This document shows positions 52,169 to 64,000 of a DNA stretch of 64,000 nucleotides, piece after piece; positions within the stretch are counted from its first letter, which is position 1; every line of letters begins with the position of its first letter. The DNA comes from Tubiluchus corallicola (taxonomy: Eukaryota; Animalia; Priapulida), in contig JAQGDQ010000512.1 of NCBI GenBank assembly GCA_030141605.1, forward strand, positions 1 to 64,000, written 5' to 3'. The notes beneath the pieces were generated by a model. It did not search any database. It saw nothing but the letters and a program-made list of their open reading frames with translations, and was not told where the DNA came from. The position numbers and the translations under genes were made by a program.

Positions 52169-52841
52169 ATGGCAGCACTGTTAGTGTTTGCTACAGACGG
52201 GGGGCTACCACACCTAGTTATAAAGTGGAGCCAGATACTAACCATAGCAGCAGCTAGTGTATTATGGCTAGCAGTAGAATGTAGAGTAAAAAACTGCGAC
52301 TGCAGTGTGATAGAGAAAGGAGGGCTAACCACAAAAAAGCTCTGCATATGCCTCGCAGATCAAGAAAATGTGGAGACATGCCAGTTAATCTGCAGTCCAT
52401 TGAAAGAGGGGCCTGCTAAGGCAATGGGGGATCTCATTCCATCACAAGGAGTCAGACAACTCACAATCACTCGTTACGATGACAAACAATTTCCGGATCA
52501 ATTTCTGTCGAAAATAAAAGTCCAGCAACTGACCATCTCACAGTCAAGCACCCTGGAGTTTATCGGTGAGACGACGTTTGGCATCACCAACGTGGAAGAA
52601 TTGATGCTGGACGGGTTGGAGACATTGATGAAGATCGACAGCGAGACGTTTGCTCGCATGACAACGCTGCGGACGCTCGCGATTACGGACTGCAAGGCAC
52701 TGAAAACCGGAGACTTCGACTTTCCTCAGAGCGATAAACTAATGAAAATTTCCATTACCGGGACAGCGATAACGACAATGAGAATGCCAAGGCTCAACCG
52801 AGGACTCGATCAGGCAGCAAACATAGATCTAGAAGTGAGAG
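52169..52841 (+). CDS. LRR paralogue E, exon 1; spliced product 297 aa
   Basis: Homologous to B/C/D; donor AGA G|gtaagc. Confidence 0.9.
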
Positions 52842-52921
52842 GTAAGCAAGTTTAATAGGCTTCTTATACCAAACTTTATGCTTTAACATATTATTCCACA
52901 TCAAACGATACCTTTTGGTAC

Positions 52922-54000
52922 GCCGTCTAAAACATGACACGTCCCACCTGTTGATGTACACCGTCTAAAACATGACACGTCCCACCTGTTGATGTACACC
53001 GTCTAAAACATAACACATCCCGCCTGTTGATGTACACCGTCTAAAACATAACACATCCTGCCTGTTGATGTACACCGTCTAAAACATGACATGTCCCACC
53101 TGTTGATGTACACCGTCTAAAACATAACACATCCCGCCTGTTGATGTACACCGTATAAAACATGACATGTCCCACCTGTCCAACTGTTGATGTGCACAGT
53201 CTAAAACATAACACGTCCTACCTGTTGATGTACACCGTCTAAAGCATAACACATCCCGCCTGTTGATGTACACCATCTAAAACATAACACATCCCACCTG
53301 CCTGTCGATGTGCGCCGTCTAAAACATGACACGTCCCGCCTGTTGATGTACACCATATAAAACATGACACATCCCAACTGTTGATGTGCACCTTCTAAAA
53401 CATGACACGTCCCCCTGTTTATGTACACCTTCTAAAACACAACATGTCCCCTCTGTTGATGTACACCGTCTCTAAAACATGACACATCCCAACTGTTGAT
53501 GTGCACCTTCTAAAACATGACACGTCCCCCCTGTTTATGTACACCATCTAAAACACGACACGTCCCCTCTGTTGATGTACACCGTCTAAAACATGACACA
53601 TCCCACCTGTTGATGTGCACCGTCTATAACATTACACATCCCACCTGTTGATGTGCACCGTCTATAACATTACACATCCCACCTGTTGATGCACACCGTC
53701 TAAAATAAAACATGACACGTCCCCTCTGTTGATGTACACCGTCTAAAAGATGACACATCACACCTGTTGATGTGCACCGTCTATAACATTACACATCACA
53801 CCTGTTGATGTGCACCGTCTAAAACACAACACGCCCCCTCTGTTGATGTACACCGTCTAAAACATGACACATCCCACCTGTTGATGTGCACCGTCTATAA
53901 CATTACACATCCCACCTGTTGATGTGCACCGTCTATAACATGACACGTCCCACCTGTTGACGTACACCATCTAAAACATGACACATCCCGCCTGTTGATG
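52922..54000. repeat. ~39-bp minisatellite in the paralogue E intron
   Basis: Unit CCGTCTAAAACATGACACRTCCCACCTGTTGATGTACA. Confidence 0.93.
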
Positions 54001-55257
54001 TCATGCATTCCGGTCCGCTACCACCGCCCACGAGGGATCATCACTCAAATCTAGAGTCGTATTTACCAAACCACTTTGCAGTATATCTACACACATCAGT
54101 AGCTGTCCGCCTCTCGGCTTTTTTGTCGTTTGCTATAGGAACGCCATATAGTATGATAAGAGGAGACTCATGAGGAGACTCAAAACAATCTACTCTCTAA
54201 AATATTGAAAGGCAACATACTACTTTTTCCAAGAGTGACTTACGTGAAAGAATTATTACCACACAAACACCATTTCACGTACACACCACTAGTTCATTTT
54301 TATCTTAAAACTTGCCTAGTTTTAGTACAACACACTGAATATCTTACTATAGCCCCGTACTTCAATTTACGCTTTTGCAAACACGTGCAACACGCTCGTG
54401 GAATATTTTCGCTGCTGAAAATTACGTTAGTTTGTGACGTCATCAACAGTTGGGCTCGCCCGCCGTTAATTAAGTTTTTTAATCTATTATTTAATAGAAA
54501 CACTTTTGCAGTATTAATTGAGTTAAAATGTACACTTTTTATTGTATTTGAAGATGGGGTAGTATATGAAAAATCATCCTGTCTACCTTTTAGTAAACTA
54601 TGTAAAGCCAACTTATAATAACTCTAGTAGGCCTACCTAAATAAACCACGAAAGAACACACAATCGAGTTAAGTTCAGTAGGCATGTTGAAATAAATTAT
54701 ATTAAAACTTCTACAAAATACATCACTAGTTCTCGGTGTTCATATTCGCAGTTTTATTTCCTGAATCCACTTGCACCTTACCTATGCTCCAATCCTGGCA
54801 AGCTCTTACGAAGCCAAAAGAGCAGTTAATTAGTGCAGAATGCAATGGGTTACTCCCTTACTAAATTTCTTACGAACGACTGTCACGGCTTTGAATCTCC
54901 TTTTCTAAAAACTTAGAATGCGGAGTAACTATTGTGACGTCTCAATATGTAAACTGGCTAAAAACAGAGATATAACACTGGCATCGTGATGAACACATCC
55001 TGCAACGTGTCCATGAATATTTTTGTTGTTGAAAATTACGTTAGTTTGTGACGTCATCAATAGGGTTATATTATAGTAACTCTATAGAGTTACTTCATAA
55101 TGAGTGACCCAAAAATCAACATAAATGAAATACGAACGAGCCTAGAAGAGTGGCTATGAAGCAAAGTCAGAACGACAGCTCCACAAAAGTCGTCAACACT
55201 GAGACTATGCCAAAAGAACTCGGCTGGACGTTCACTTGTTTTGCATTTCTTTCGCAG

Positions 55258-55478
55258 GAAACAAGCTGATCTGTGACTGCACCGTGCAGTGGGTGAAGAG
55301 AGTCGAGTGGAAAGAATCGAAAGTCGACTGCGAGGATCCCAAGCGAGTGTTTGGCATAAACGAAATTACGACCAAGGATTTCGAACACTGCCCGGCATTT
55401 ACAATTGCTGCTGCAGCAAGAATGTACAGTATGTTAAATGTGTTTTGCATTTTGGCAACATGTTTTACTGGTAGATAA
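55258..55478 (+). CDS. LRR paralogue E, exon 2 (LRRCT plus GPI-type tail)
   Basis: ctttcgcag|GA AAC AAG CTG ATC TGT GAC TGC. Confidence 0.88.
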
Positions 55479-55678
55479 TGGTAGACATCATAACTCCTCA
55501 TCAATTTATGTTTACATTAAATACTAACCTGTTTGTAAGGAACTATTGTCTAATCTTATCAATCATTAAATCATTTAATCCTAGTCACATTAGTATGTGT
55601 TTTTTGTACGTTTGCGCATATGTATGAAAAAATGCGATGAAAAAAATATAAAATGATATAGTAAATTATAGTTTAACT

Positions 55679-56053
55679 CAGTGGTTCCCAAAGTAGGGGT
55701 AAATTACCCCTTGCGGGTAATTTGTTTTTTTTGGGGGGGGGGTAACGGGCACCCCTCTGAAAATTTTTAAAACTTTGCTCGGAATGCATTTTACGTAGTT
55801 TTCTTCTTGAAGAGACTGCCTGCTCACTCAGTAATGAGCAGGTTCAGTAATTGTAATTCTTGTTTTGGCAACAGTACAACAACAACACCTGGAAATTTAT
55901 TTATGTCACGAGCAAACATAAATAATTTTGCTTGCTTGTGGCATATACGTGTGTTTACTTTTTGAGTTGGAGAAGTAGTACTAGGTGGAGGATAATGTAC
56001 ACGACCGGGTTTCCCGATTTGGGTAACGGTCCGAGAAAGTTTGGGAACCACTG
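55679..56053. mobile_element. hAT-type MITE
   Basis: TIR CAGTGGTTCCCAAA…TTTGGGAACCACTG, 8-bp TSD GTTTAACT. Confidence 0.9.
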
Positions 56054-56364
56054 GTTTAACTAATTGTAACAAGATATAAATAAACAGTCGTTTACCAGGC
56101 TGGAACTGTAAGACATGGAATAAAGTAATAAGTGAAGATACAAGATGTGTCTGAACAATGTAGAAGAGTTTATAACATATTTAATAGATACTTTAGAACG
56201 CACTATTATAACCGTGTCTTGAAGGTTATGACATGGCGGAGACTGCTCTCCTGTTATGTATGCGCATATTAAATAGTTATTAAGATATTATTACAATAAG
56301 CTTCATTGCATTTCCATAAAATTGCTCTGATTAAGCTCAAATGACATCAAAATGACACACAAAC

Positions 56365-56860
56365 TGACTACTTCATTAACTACTTCATTGACTACCTCAC
56401 TGACTATTCAATGACCACTTCATTGACTACTTCAATGACTACTTCATTGACTACTTCATTGACCACTTCATTGACTACCTCACTGACTACTCAATGACCA
56501 CTTCATTGACTATTTCAATGACTACTTCATTGACCACTTCATTGACTACTTCATTGACTACTTCATTCTGCTTCATTGACTACCTCACTGACTACTTCAT
56601 TGACTACCTCACTGAATACATTAATGACTACTTCATTGACCACTTCACTGACTACTTCATTGAATACCTCACTGACTACTTCATTGACTACCTCACTGAC
56701 TACTTCATTGACTACTTCATTGAATACCTCACTGACTACTTCATTGACTACTTCATTGAATACCTCACTGACTACTTCATTGACTACTTTATTGAGCACT
56801 TCTTTGACTACTTCATTGACTACATCATTTACTACCTCATTTACTACCTCATTGACTATG
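56365..56860. repeat. 12-bp minisatellite (TGACTACTTCAT)
   Basis: Directly visible. Confidence 0.92.
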
Positions 56861-57055
56861 TACATTTTCATAGACGAATGACTGATTGACTAATTGGAGA
56901 ACCAAATCCTCAGCAATGCTTAAACATGGCTTCATTTACTTGAGATGTTACGAAAGGATATAAATCACTGTTGTCGTTAATTAATCTCGTATCTCTTAAT
57001 TAATCAATGTTATTATTTCTTAACATTATAACATTAATGTTATTATTTCATGGTT

Positions 57056-57266
57056 CCCAAACTAGACAACTGCAAAACAGACAAACTTGATAATCACAAA
57101 GGCTACATCATTTACAAAAGACATTCAACAAGAAGCCGTGACTACCAAACTAGACAACTGCAAAACAGACAAACTTGATAATCACAAAGGCTACATCGTT
57201 GACAAAAGACATTCAACAAAAAGCCGTGACTACCAAACTTGACAACTGCAAAACAGACAAACTTGA
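57056..57266. repeat. 89-bp tandem repeat, about 2.4 copies
   Basis: CCAAACTAGACAACTGCAAAACAGACAAACTTGA occurs three times. Confidence 0.85.
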
Positions 57267-57576
57267 AAGGCTGTTACAAGCTAAATTTTTCCCCTCGCCT
57301 GTAACACAGTCGTATCCGTCAGTGCTTGTATCTCCAGTAAATCAGCAAATGTTCCGACTAGATCAACCAATTTGTTATACAGATAAATAATAGGCATTGA
57401 TAATATATTGATAATAATACGATTTGACACATTTGTCATACGGGATTTCGGTTATTTCGGACGTCAGACAACCGCGAATTACCCCAGTTGCGAGCTACCC
57501 AACATGAATAGGTCACGACAATAGAGGGTTTACTAATGAACGTGAAATATCAGCCCAGCTCTATAATTTCACTCAC

Positions 57577-57739
57577 CCATGTAATGTTCCACAGCGCGAT
57601 CTGTCCACCGGTACTGGCGGAAACCAACAGGAGGCAACCGTGAACGTATAGATGTTCGACTTGCGTGACGCAGCGACCGTGAAAATCTGTCGAATCTACA
57701 GTCGTGAACGATCTTTCGTGCTGTCCGAAACCAAATAAC
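57577..57739 (-). CDS. WDR6: WDR6 exon (RLFGFGQHERSF…FHGRCVTQV…VSASTGGQIALWNITW)
   Basis: tttgcag|G TTA…TGG|gtgagt, phase 2/0. The frame differs from the ORF track; HxRCV and S.TxGxIALW WD motifs. Confidence 0.88.
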
Positions 57740-58065
57740 CTGCAAATTACACAAAAACCGCTCGAAATGAAACTACCGTAAAAGCACGACTCAGTAATCG
57801 AAGACTAACCTCAACATAGACTGACCAAAAATGACCAAAAAGAAGAATTTTCAAGAACTTGACACGCTACCAACTTTTGTTGCCCAACTTCGGCACACTG
57901 CAAATAGGAATCCATCAGTTAATCTCTTCACAACATGGTATACATATTTTTTCCACAAGCTTTTTTATGCTGCCATCAGTACGGCAAAAGAAATTGCCCA
58001 GAATGAGTATTGAACACAGGCGGTTGCTGTGATTATCTTACTAAAATAGAAAATGTTTCACTTAC

Positions 58066-58582
58066 CGGATCTTGCCATCCGAACAACCAGCAGCAATCAG
58101 GTAGAAACCCGAAGAACCAGCTTCGCCGATGCCATCATCATCATCATCATCATCATCGGCAGAAGCGTCACCGTTGCTACGAGAACAAATGCGAACGGCA
58201 GTCAACGACATGAATCTGGTGTCGGGCGACGCTACCAGATGGCGACTCTTCCAAAGTTTCTTACGTTGCTGACTGCGGCGAGAAATACTAGTCGATGCCA
58301 GCAGTTGATATTGTAAATGGGCGAGGAGGTCCCGAGAACTTAAATCGGGGTTGGAGGTATTCGCAAAACCCCCGTCGTTATTGCAGTCATTCCTCTGCGA
58401 CTCTGACCTATCACAGTCGTGTTCATGATCACAGGGTAACGCACCGTCCGAAGGCGCGACGGTACGCCTTTCGACCTCCGAACGTACGTACGTCGAGCGA
58501 GAAGATTCCTGGTGCGTTGAGAACAATTTCCAGGCCATGATCTGCGCTCTTCCACCGGCGGTAAACAGAATGACAGGCAAAC
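58066..58582 (-). CDS. WDR6: WDR6 exon (GLPVILFTAGGRAQIMAW…DTRFMSL…AAGCSDGKIR)
   Basis: ctctcag|GT…CG|gtaagt; AGGRA, TRxMSL and CSDG motifs of WDR6. Confidence 0.92.
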
Positions 58583-58711
58583 CTGAGAGCATCAATAAAA
58601 TTCCAGTAACTAACAATAAAATGATACCAGAAACAAGTTCACCGATGCTAATTAAAATGCAACATTTGAAGATATAATATACAGAACTGTCATAAATTCA
58701 TTCACATATAA

Positions 58712-59209
58712 CAAGGGTGTGTAAATTATCTGACTAGCCGGGCCACATTAAACTTTCCCACAATTGTTGCGGGCCACAGCCAGTTTGATCAAGGAGTCAA
58801 GTACAGTAGGGCCTAATAATGATTTTTTTGCATCCGACCTGCGTACATCATTACTACTACACTCAAGAAACTATTTTAGAAGTTATTAAAATTTATATTA
58901 CAAACCATATATTTCTACTTTCAGGACAGATAGTGGTAATTTCATTACAATGCATATTAGTAATGAATCACACAGTCTGTGTAGTACTGTGACATTAAGC
59001 TACAACCGTCTTGTAAGGGTTACTGGCATCCGATCTAGTAGAAAAAACTACCCGCACTATCTTTGGGATCGTGGCACGGACTTCAGCTGGATACACTCAG
59101 TTAATCGCCCGGGCCGCACTTTCATTAGGTTGACAAATCTCTTCGCGGGCTGCACAAATTCTCTCGGCGGGCCGCAAGTGGCCCGCGGGCCGCAATTTGC
59201 ACACCCCTG
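58712..59209. mobile_element. hAT-type MITE
   Basis: CAAGGGTGTGTAAATT…AATTTGCACACCCCTG, 8-bp TSD ACATATAA. Confidence 0.88.
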
Positions 59210-59762
59210 ACATATAACAATAGAACGAAAAAATACAATAGTCGTGTTTAATCATGCCTGCGAAAAGTAAGTCTATGAATATGCACTGGGGAAGAGAAAA
59301 ATTTGAAAATCAACCACGGAACACGTTTGAACGTGGGGGAAAAATAAGCGAAGTGGCACATGTTTCTAAATAAAACATGTTGCGATTTTAGTTAGTTCGA
59401 CGTCCATCATCAAAAACACAGATAAAATAAAGACTATAGATAGGATCACAGATGTTATAATAAAAAAATGTTTTTATTCATTAATAAACAAATATTTTGC
59501 AGCCCATCACAAGTTGCCTCCTCAATGTAAACATTAGCAATATGCACCACCTTTCAAAATGCAAAATAACTGAATAGAGCCACGCTCCCCGACTACACAA
59601 ACATCAAGTAGAGTAACTCTTTCCTTGAATGCTACATACTGGCTTACAATATGTTAACATACAAAACAAATAGTATCATATCTCTTTTTTATACAAAAAT
59701 CGATGCAGCCACGATAATTACTCATCTCAATTAGCCATTTTTGTGCTACGTAAACGCCTCAC

Positions 59763-59858
59763 CTGAAGAGCTCTGATCTCCCACAGCCAGGGTTCGAACG
59801 CTAGATATATGGTTCGTTAATCTATGCAATACCTTTAAGCTGCAAGCATCTCCTTTGT
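59763..59858 (-). CDS. WDR6: WDR6 exon (DKGDACSLKVLHRLTNHISSVRTLAVGDQSSS)
   Basis: ttttccag|AC…TCA G|gtgagg, phase 1/1; NHISSVR motif. Confidence 0.9.
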
Positions 59859-59944
59859 CTGGAAAATGGCGTTAAAGAAAATTGACACTGTACAGTACAA
59901 ATTTACTATATTTGCACGTTTACTATCATCAAACGTCCGATTAT

Positions 59945-60382
59945 TAGGGGTGAGCATTCTCTACCAGAAAGCGAATTCGAATCGAACTGAATTTGTGACT
60001 TTTGAATTCGAATCGAACCGAATTTGTGACTTTGGAATTCGAATCGAACCGAACTTCAGTGTTTCGAATTCGAACCGAATTCTAATTGAGATCGAAAGAT
60101 TTTCGAACAAGATTTCAAACCACCCGGAAAAATTAGTCTTACAAAGATCATGCGCATCACTAAATTTTGTTCTGCAATAAAACGACTAGTAATTTCTTTA
60201 AAATTGTGCACAGAAATCACATCTAAATTATGCTAATTACATGATGTTTCAATCGTTTTAGTGATCAAGATCATGTGTGATTGAAGAGCTGAATTATTCA
60301 AATCTATAGTTTTGGATTCGAATCGAGTTTGAACTAAAAAAACTCGTTCGAATCGAATTTGAGCGTTCGATGCTCACCCCTA
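59945..60382. mobile_element. hAT-type MITE
   Basis: TIR TAGGGGTGAGCAT…ATGCTCACCCCTA, 8-bp TSD CCGATTAT. Confidence 0.9.
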
Positions 60383-61309
60383 CCGATTATTACATCTTTT
60401 TTGGAATTTGTACTGAACAATAATTTTTTTGCCTAAAATTACTCCCCCATCGAGCATTACACCTCACAGAAAGACTTTGGTTGACAACTTTTTTAGTCAC
60501 TTTAGTGCCATAGATGATGAAATTTCTTACCACCAATAAATTTGTCACCAATAAAATACATTGAGTATAGAAAAATATCGTGCAAATTTTGACCTTGAAA
60601 AACTCCAGAAAAAAAATGATCAATGAAAAAGAAATCATCAGTTTTGAAAAGTTTAAAATTATCTTAGGAAACACAATAATATTTCTCCTTTTTATCTTAC
60701 TTTGCAAGCATTCAGCTCAGAAACAATTGTGAGGTATTTTCAATGAGTTGCTTAGTAGTTCATAAATTTGTCATGGTTTTTGATTTTGTTTTGTTTTTTG
60801 CTGTTGTTGTATTTTTGTTTTGCTATTTCTGCACGCTTATGTATTTTTTAATATAGTTGTGTCTGCTGTCATTAGAGTCTTTTTGCTTACTGTCCTTTGA
60901 GAAGGGTGGTTGACTCGCTAACCTTTGGTTTTTCGCCACCCTTTCTCCCATGTTCGTTTGTATTTTTGTGTATTTTATTGTCAAATCATTGTAAATTTAT
61001 GGAGAAAAATAAAATCACTATTACTATTATTACTACCGCAAGCATTTAGTTTTAAATTTGTGACTCATAAGTGAAATAACTCCAATTACATTAATTTTGT
61101 CTAGCCAAAAAATATGCACTTGGTGCAAAATATTTAGTTAAAGGTGAAAATGTTCATAAAGCTATAAAGACAAATCCATGAGCTAATGAATGACAGACAT
61201 AATGCGAAAATTGTAAATAAATAGATAATATATAATGCAGTTTATAATATCGCATACGAGTACGTGCAAAATTTCGCGAATATCACCATCTGGAGCAACA
61301 CTGTTGAAA

Positions 61310-61652
61310 ACATATACAATACACATATATAATATTGAATACATACATAATACACATATATAATATTGAATACATATATAATATACAAATATAATATTAA
61401 ATACATACACAATATACATATATAACATTGAATACATACATAATATACATATATAATATTGAATACATATACAATATACGTATATAATATTGAATACATA
61501 TACAATATACATATATAATATTGAATACATATACAATATACGTATATAATATCGAATACATATACAATATACGTATATAATATCGAATACATATACGATA
61601 TACGTATATAATATTGAATACATATAAAATGCACATATATAATATTGAATAC
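61310..61652. repeat. 29-bp AT-rich minisatellite
   Basis: Unit ACATATACAATATACATATATAATATTGAAT-like. Confidence 0.9.
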
Positions 61653-62582
61653 GCAGATACAAAAGTACGCAGTTACAGTGCTTACAGTTTAAGTTAGTAA
61701 TTACAGCTTGCTGGTTTTGAGAAAACGCAAGCTATATTCACGTATCTACATGGTTGCACATTACTTAGCATCAACAGAAGTTCTTATAACTTAGCTAACT
61801 GAAAAAACATTGTCATATGTTTACTGAAGCATGTAAAAAATGCTTAAATGTGTTGCTTGCAAACCATCCATAAGTCAGCATAGTTAAAACTACGTTATGA
61901 TGCTTCAAAGTAGAATGTATCAAAAATTTGGTGGAAATAATGTCAATTTTTTTTACTTTTTATGAAAACAAATGCAAAATATATTGGACTTTTATTCTAG
62001 CATCAAATTATCAGGAAAATGTCTAAAAATACTAAAAATCTAATTTTATGACACCGAATCCACTTTTATGGCTAGAAACTAGTACTTGAAATTGTAAAAA
62101 AAACTTGTATTTTCAAACACTGATTGTAGCTCGTGGAAGCAGCCATTCTGCTTCGGGTTTTTTCTGTTGACAAGCCCATATCTTCGTCAGGAAGAGCCAT
62201 CTATTGGATTTAAACGTAACTTCAATTTGCTCTTGTAAAATCCATAGCAACCACACTTTTACACGGTTGCTAAGCGTTTTGTAGAGATGCGACAAAAAAC
62301 AATGGCTAACTTTAACAAGTGATTTTCTCAAGATTGTGTTTTTCAGTTTGTAGCCTGCACCTCAACTTCAACGTGGATCATCTCAGCTTAGTAACAACAT
62401 AGAGCGATGAACTTGGTATCAAAATGATCCTCATGAAATGGAGTCAGGATATGCTAACAATTAGAGAAGCTAAATTGCTGACTTAGGGACGATTTAGCTA
62501 TGCAAGCTCATAAATAATCATTTATAGTCATTTCGCTAACGCAAACCGAAAAATCTGCAGATGAAATCTTAGAAAAGGATAC

Positions 62583-62712
62583 CCTCTATCGAAAATAAGT
62601 TAACATCGGTATCTTCACTTGCAGTCGCTAGAACTGAAACGCTGCTGCCATCTGTAGTCCGGCAAGCAAACAAATGCTTTACGGCGTTTATCTGACTAGA
62701 GTGAAATGCATC
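62583..62712 (-). CDS. WDR6: WDR6 exon (DAFHSSQINAVKH…LATASEDTDVNLFSIE)
   Basis: ttttctag|GAT…GAG G|gtatcc, phase 0/1; TxSEDT motif. Confidence 0.88.
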
Positions 62713-63002
62713 CTAGAAAATACGGTTTCACTGAGAACTTGACTTTTAGACAAAAAAGAAAAAAGAAGAAAATTGCAACACAGTTTTCAATCTTCACTGA
62801 GTTTGCCATAACAAAATGTAGTCAAAGCCAAAAAAGTGAAAGAAAAAGAGAGAACAAGGAAGAGAAAGGCAAGAAAAGATAAAGCGAATCAGGCAGAGAG
62901 ATGGAAAGATTGCAAGAAGAGAGGATGAAAACAGAGGCGAGTGAAAGAGAGGGAAGAAGGTATAAAGAAGAAAGATAAAGAAAAAACAAGAGGAAAATTG
63001 CA

Positions 63003-63071
<69 letters not shown>

Positions 63072-63090
63072 AAGAAAGAAAGAGAGAGAA
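63003..63090. repeat. (GA)n microsatellite
   Basis: Directly visible. Confidence 0.95.
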
Positions 63091-63361
63091 AGATAGAAAG
63101 GGAGAGGCAGAAAAAAGGAATGGAGGGAGAGATGGCGAGTGGAGAGATACAGACGAAAAACAGACAAAGCAGCCAAAAGAATGAATGGGGTGAAAGGCTA
63201 TACGTAGCCTCAAATATTGAACTTTGAAAACAAAAAGTATTTGTGTTTATATTCGTAATGTTGGCATCATCTTGTGCGAGATTCTTCACAGAAATTATCA
63301 CAACAGCCCAAGTTTTTGTCACTGCAACATTTAATGTATTCCAGTGAAATTTCACACATAC

Positions 63362-63553
63362 CTTTAATACGAGCGGAAAACGAAGTTCAGCTTTGCCCGC
63401 GTGTGTCGATGACGACTTTATGTACACGTATGAGCAATTTCTTGGCACGGAAGAGCTTGTGTCGAATCTCAGATCCCAAGACCGATGTCCGCCACCGCAC
63501 GGAATCGATAACAAGCAGACGTTCTGTGCGGTGCTCCAGACCACCAAACTAGA
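63362..63553 (-). CDS. WDR6: WDR6 exon (SSLVVWSTAQNVCLLSIPCGGGHRSWDL…LVLK); gene continues beyond the window
   Basis: tttcttctag|TCT…AAG|gtatgt; CGGGHRSW is a WDR6/Trm734 signature. Confidence 0.92.
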
Positions 63554-63952
63554 CTAGAAGAAAAATGCAGTAAGTTGCAGCCAGCCGGGTAAAACATTGA
63601 CACTTAACGACCACGCAAAGTGGAGACGTGCGTCTGTTTGCTTTGCTCCATTTAACGTTCTTTTTGTTGTTAATAACGTTATTAATTCAGTCTTATCCAT
63701 GTTGAGCGTAGCTCATAAGTTGATTTCTTCTACCACGCTGGTAGCACTGCAATGCATTGTTAATTAGTAATTTTATAACAGAGGCAAATATGTCTGTGAC
63801 AGAGAAAGGATATGGAAAAGGGCATTTACATGTATACAAGAATAAAAATATTCCAGACCTACAAGAGAACATACAGTAGAAAAATATGCGTCTAGTCTCT
63901 AAATTGAACAAAGTACATGTACAGGTGTATAACGCAAGTGAGCAAAAAAGGA

Positions 63953-63984
<32 letters not shown>

Positions 63985-64000
63985 ACACACACACACACAC
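63953..64000. repeat. (CA)n microsatellite
   Basis: Directly visible. Confidence 0.95.

Noticed and set aside
24074-55478. VLR-style somatic cassette assembly system
   Set aside because: Each paralogue is a complete gene; I found no isolated LRR donor cassettes or incomplete germline gene in the window.
56494-56889. Thr/Ser-rich mucin-like ORF (TTSL repeats)
   Set aside because: 12-bp minisatellite open in several frames, with no supporting splice structure.
57569-57754. ORF-track protein MCNLQVIWFRTARK…
   Set aside because: Wrong frame; the splice-consistent frame encodes the WDR6 blade.
61183-61662. Hydrophobic Tyr/Ile-rich ORFs or an extra WDR6 exon
   Set aside because: 29-bp AT-rich repeat; WDR6 exons 62712-62583 and 59858-59763 already join in phase.
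62794-63361. C-terminal part of the 241-aa ORF (SLSLSL, apparent membrane segments)
   Set aside because: Read-through past the WDR6 donor at 63361 into intronic (GA)n sequence.

Overview
AT-rich animal genomic DNA with spliceosomal introns, probably an invertebrate (inferred from the 5S-derived SINE heads and repeat types; the species cannot be determined). Three gene-level components were reconstructed by hand from GT-AG sites and intron phases. (1) The last four coding exons (3518-9768, +) of an unidentified Pro/Ser-rich, tyrosine-motif protein. (2) The last ten coding exons of a WDR6/Trm734 orthologue (63553-14261, -). (3) Inside one 36.4 kb WDR6 intron (21153-57576), a cluster of five two-exon paralogues (A-E) encoding about 280-300 aa proteins: signal peptide, Cys-rich cap, LRRs, LRRCT and a hydrophobic GPI-type tail. 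Four of the five have an RFX X-box 26-27 nt before the ATG. The youngest pair (B/D) differs mostly at amino-acid-changing sites although its introns and UTRs are nearly identical. An 83-bp tandem array carrying seven CTCF-like motifs lies in the middle of the cluster. The rest is MITEs (hAT, piggyBac, Kolobok-like, Tc1/mariner), 5S-headed SINEs, LINE fragments and mini/microsatellites. Most ORFs in the supplied track are repeat artefacts.
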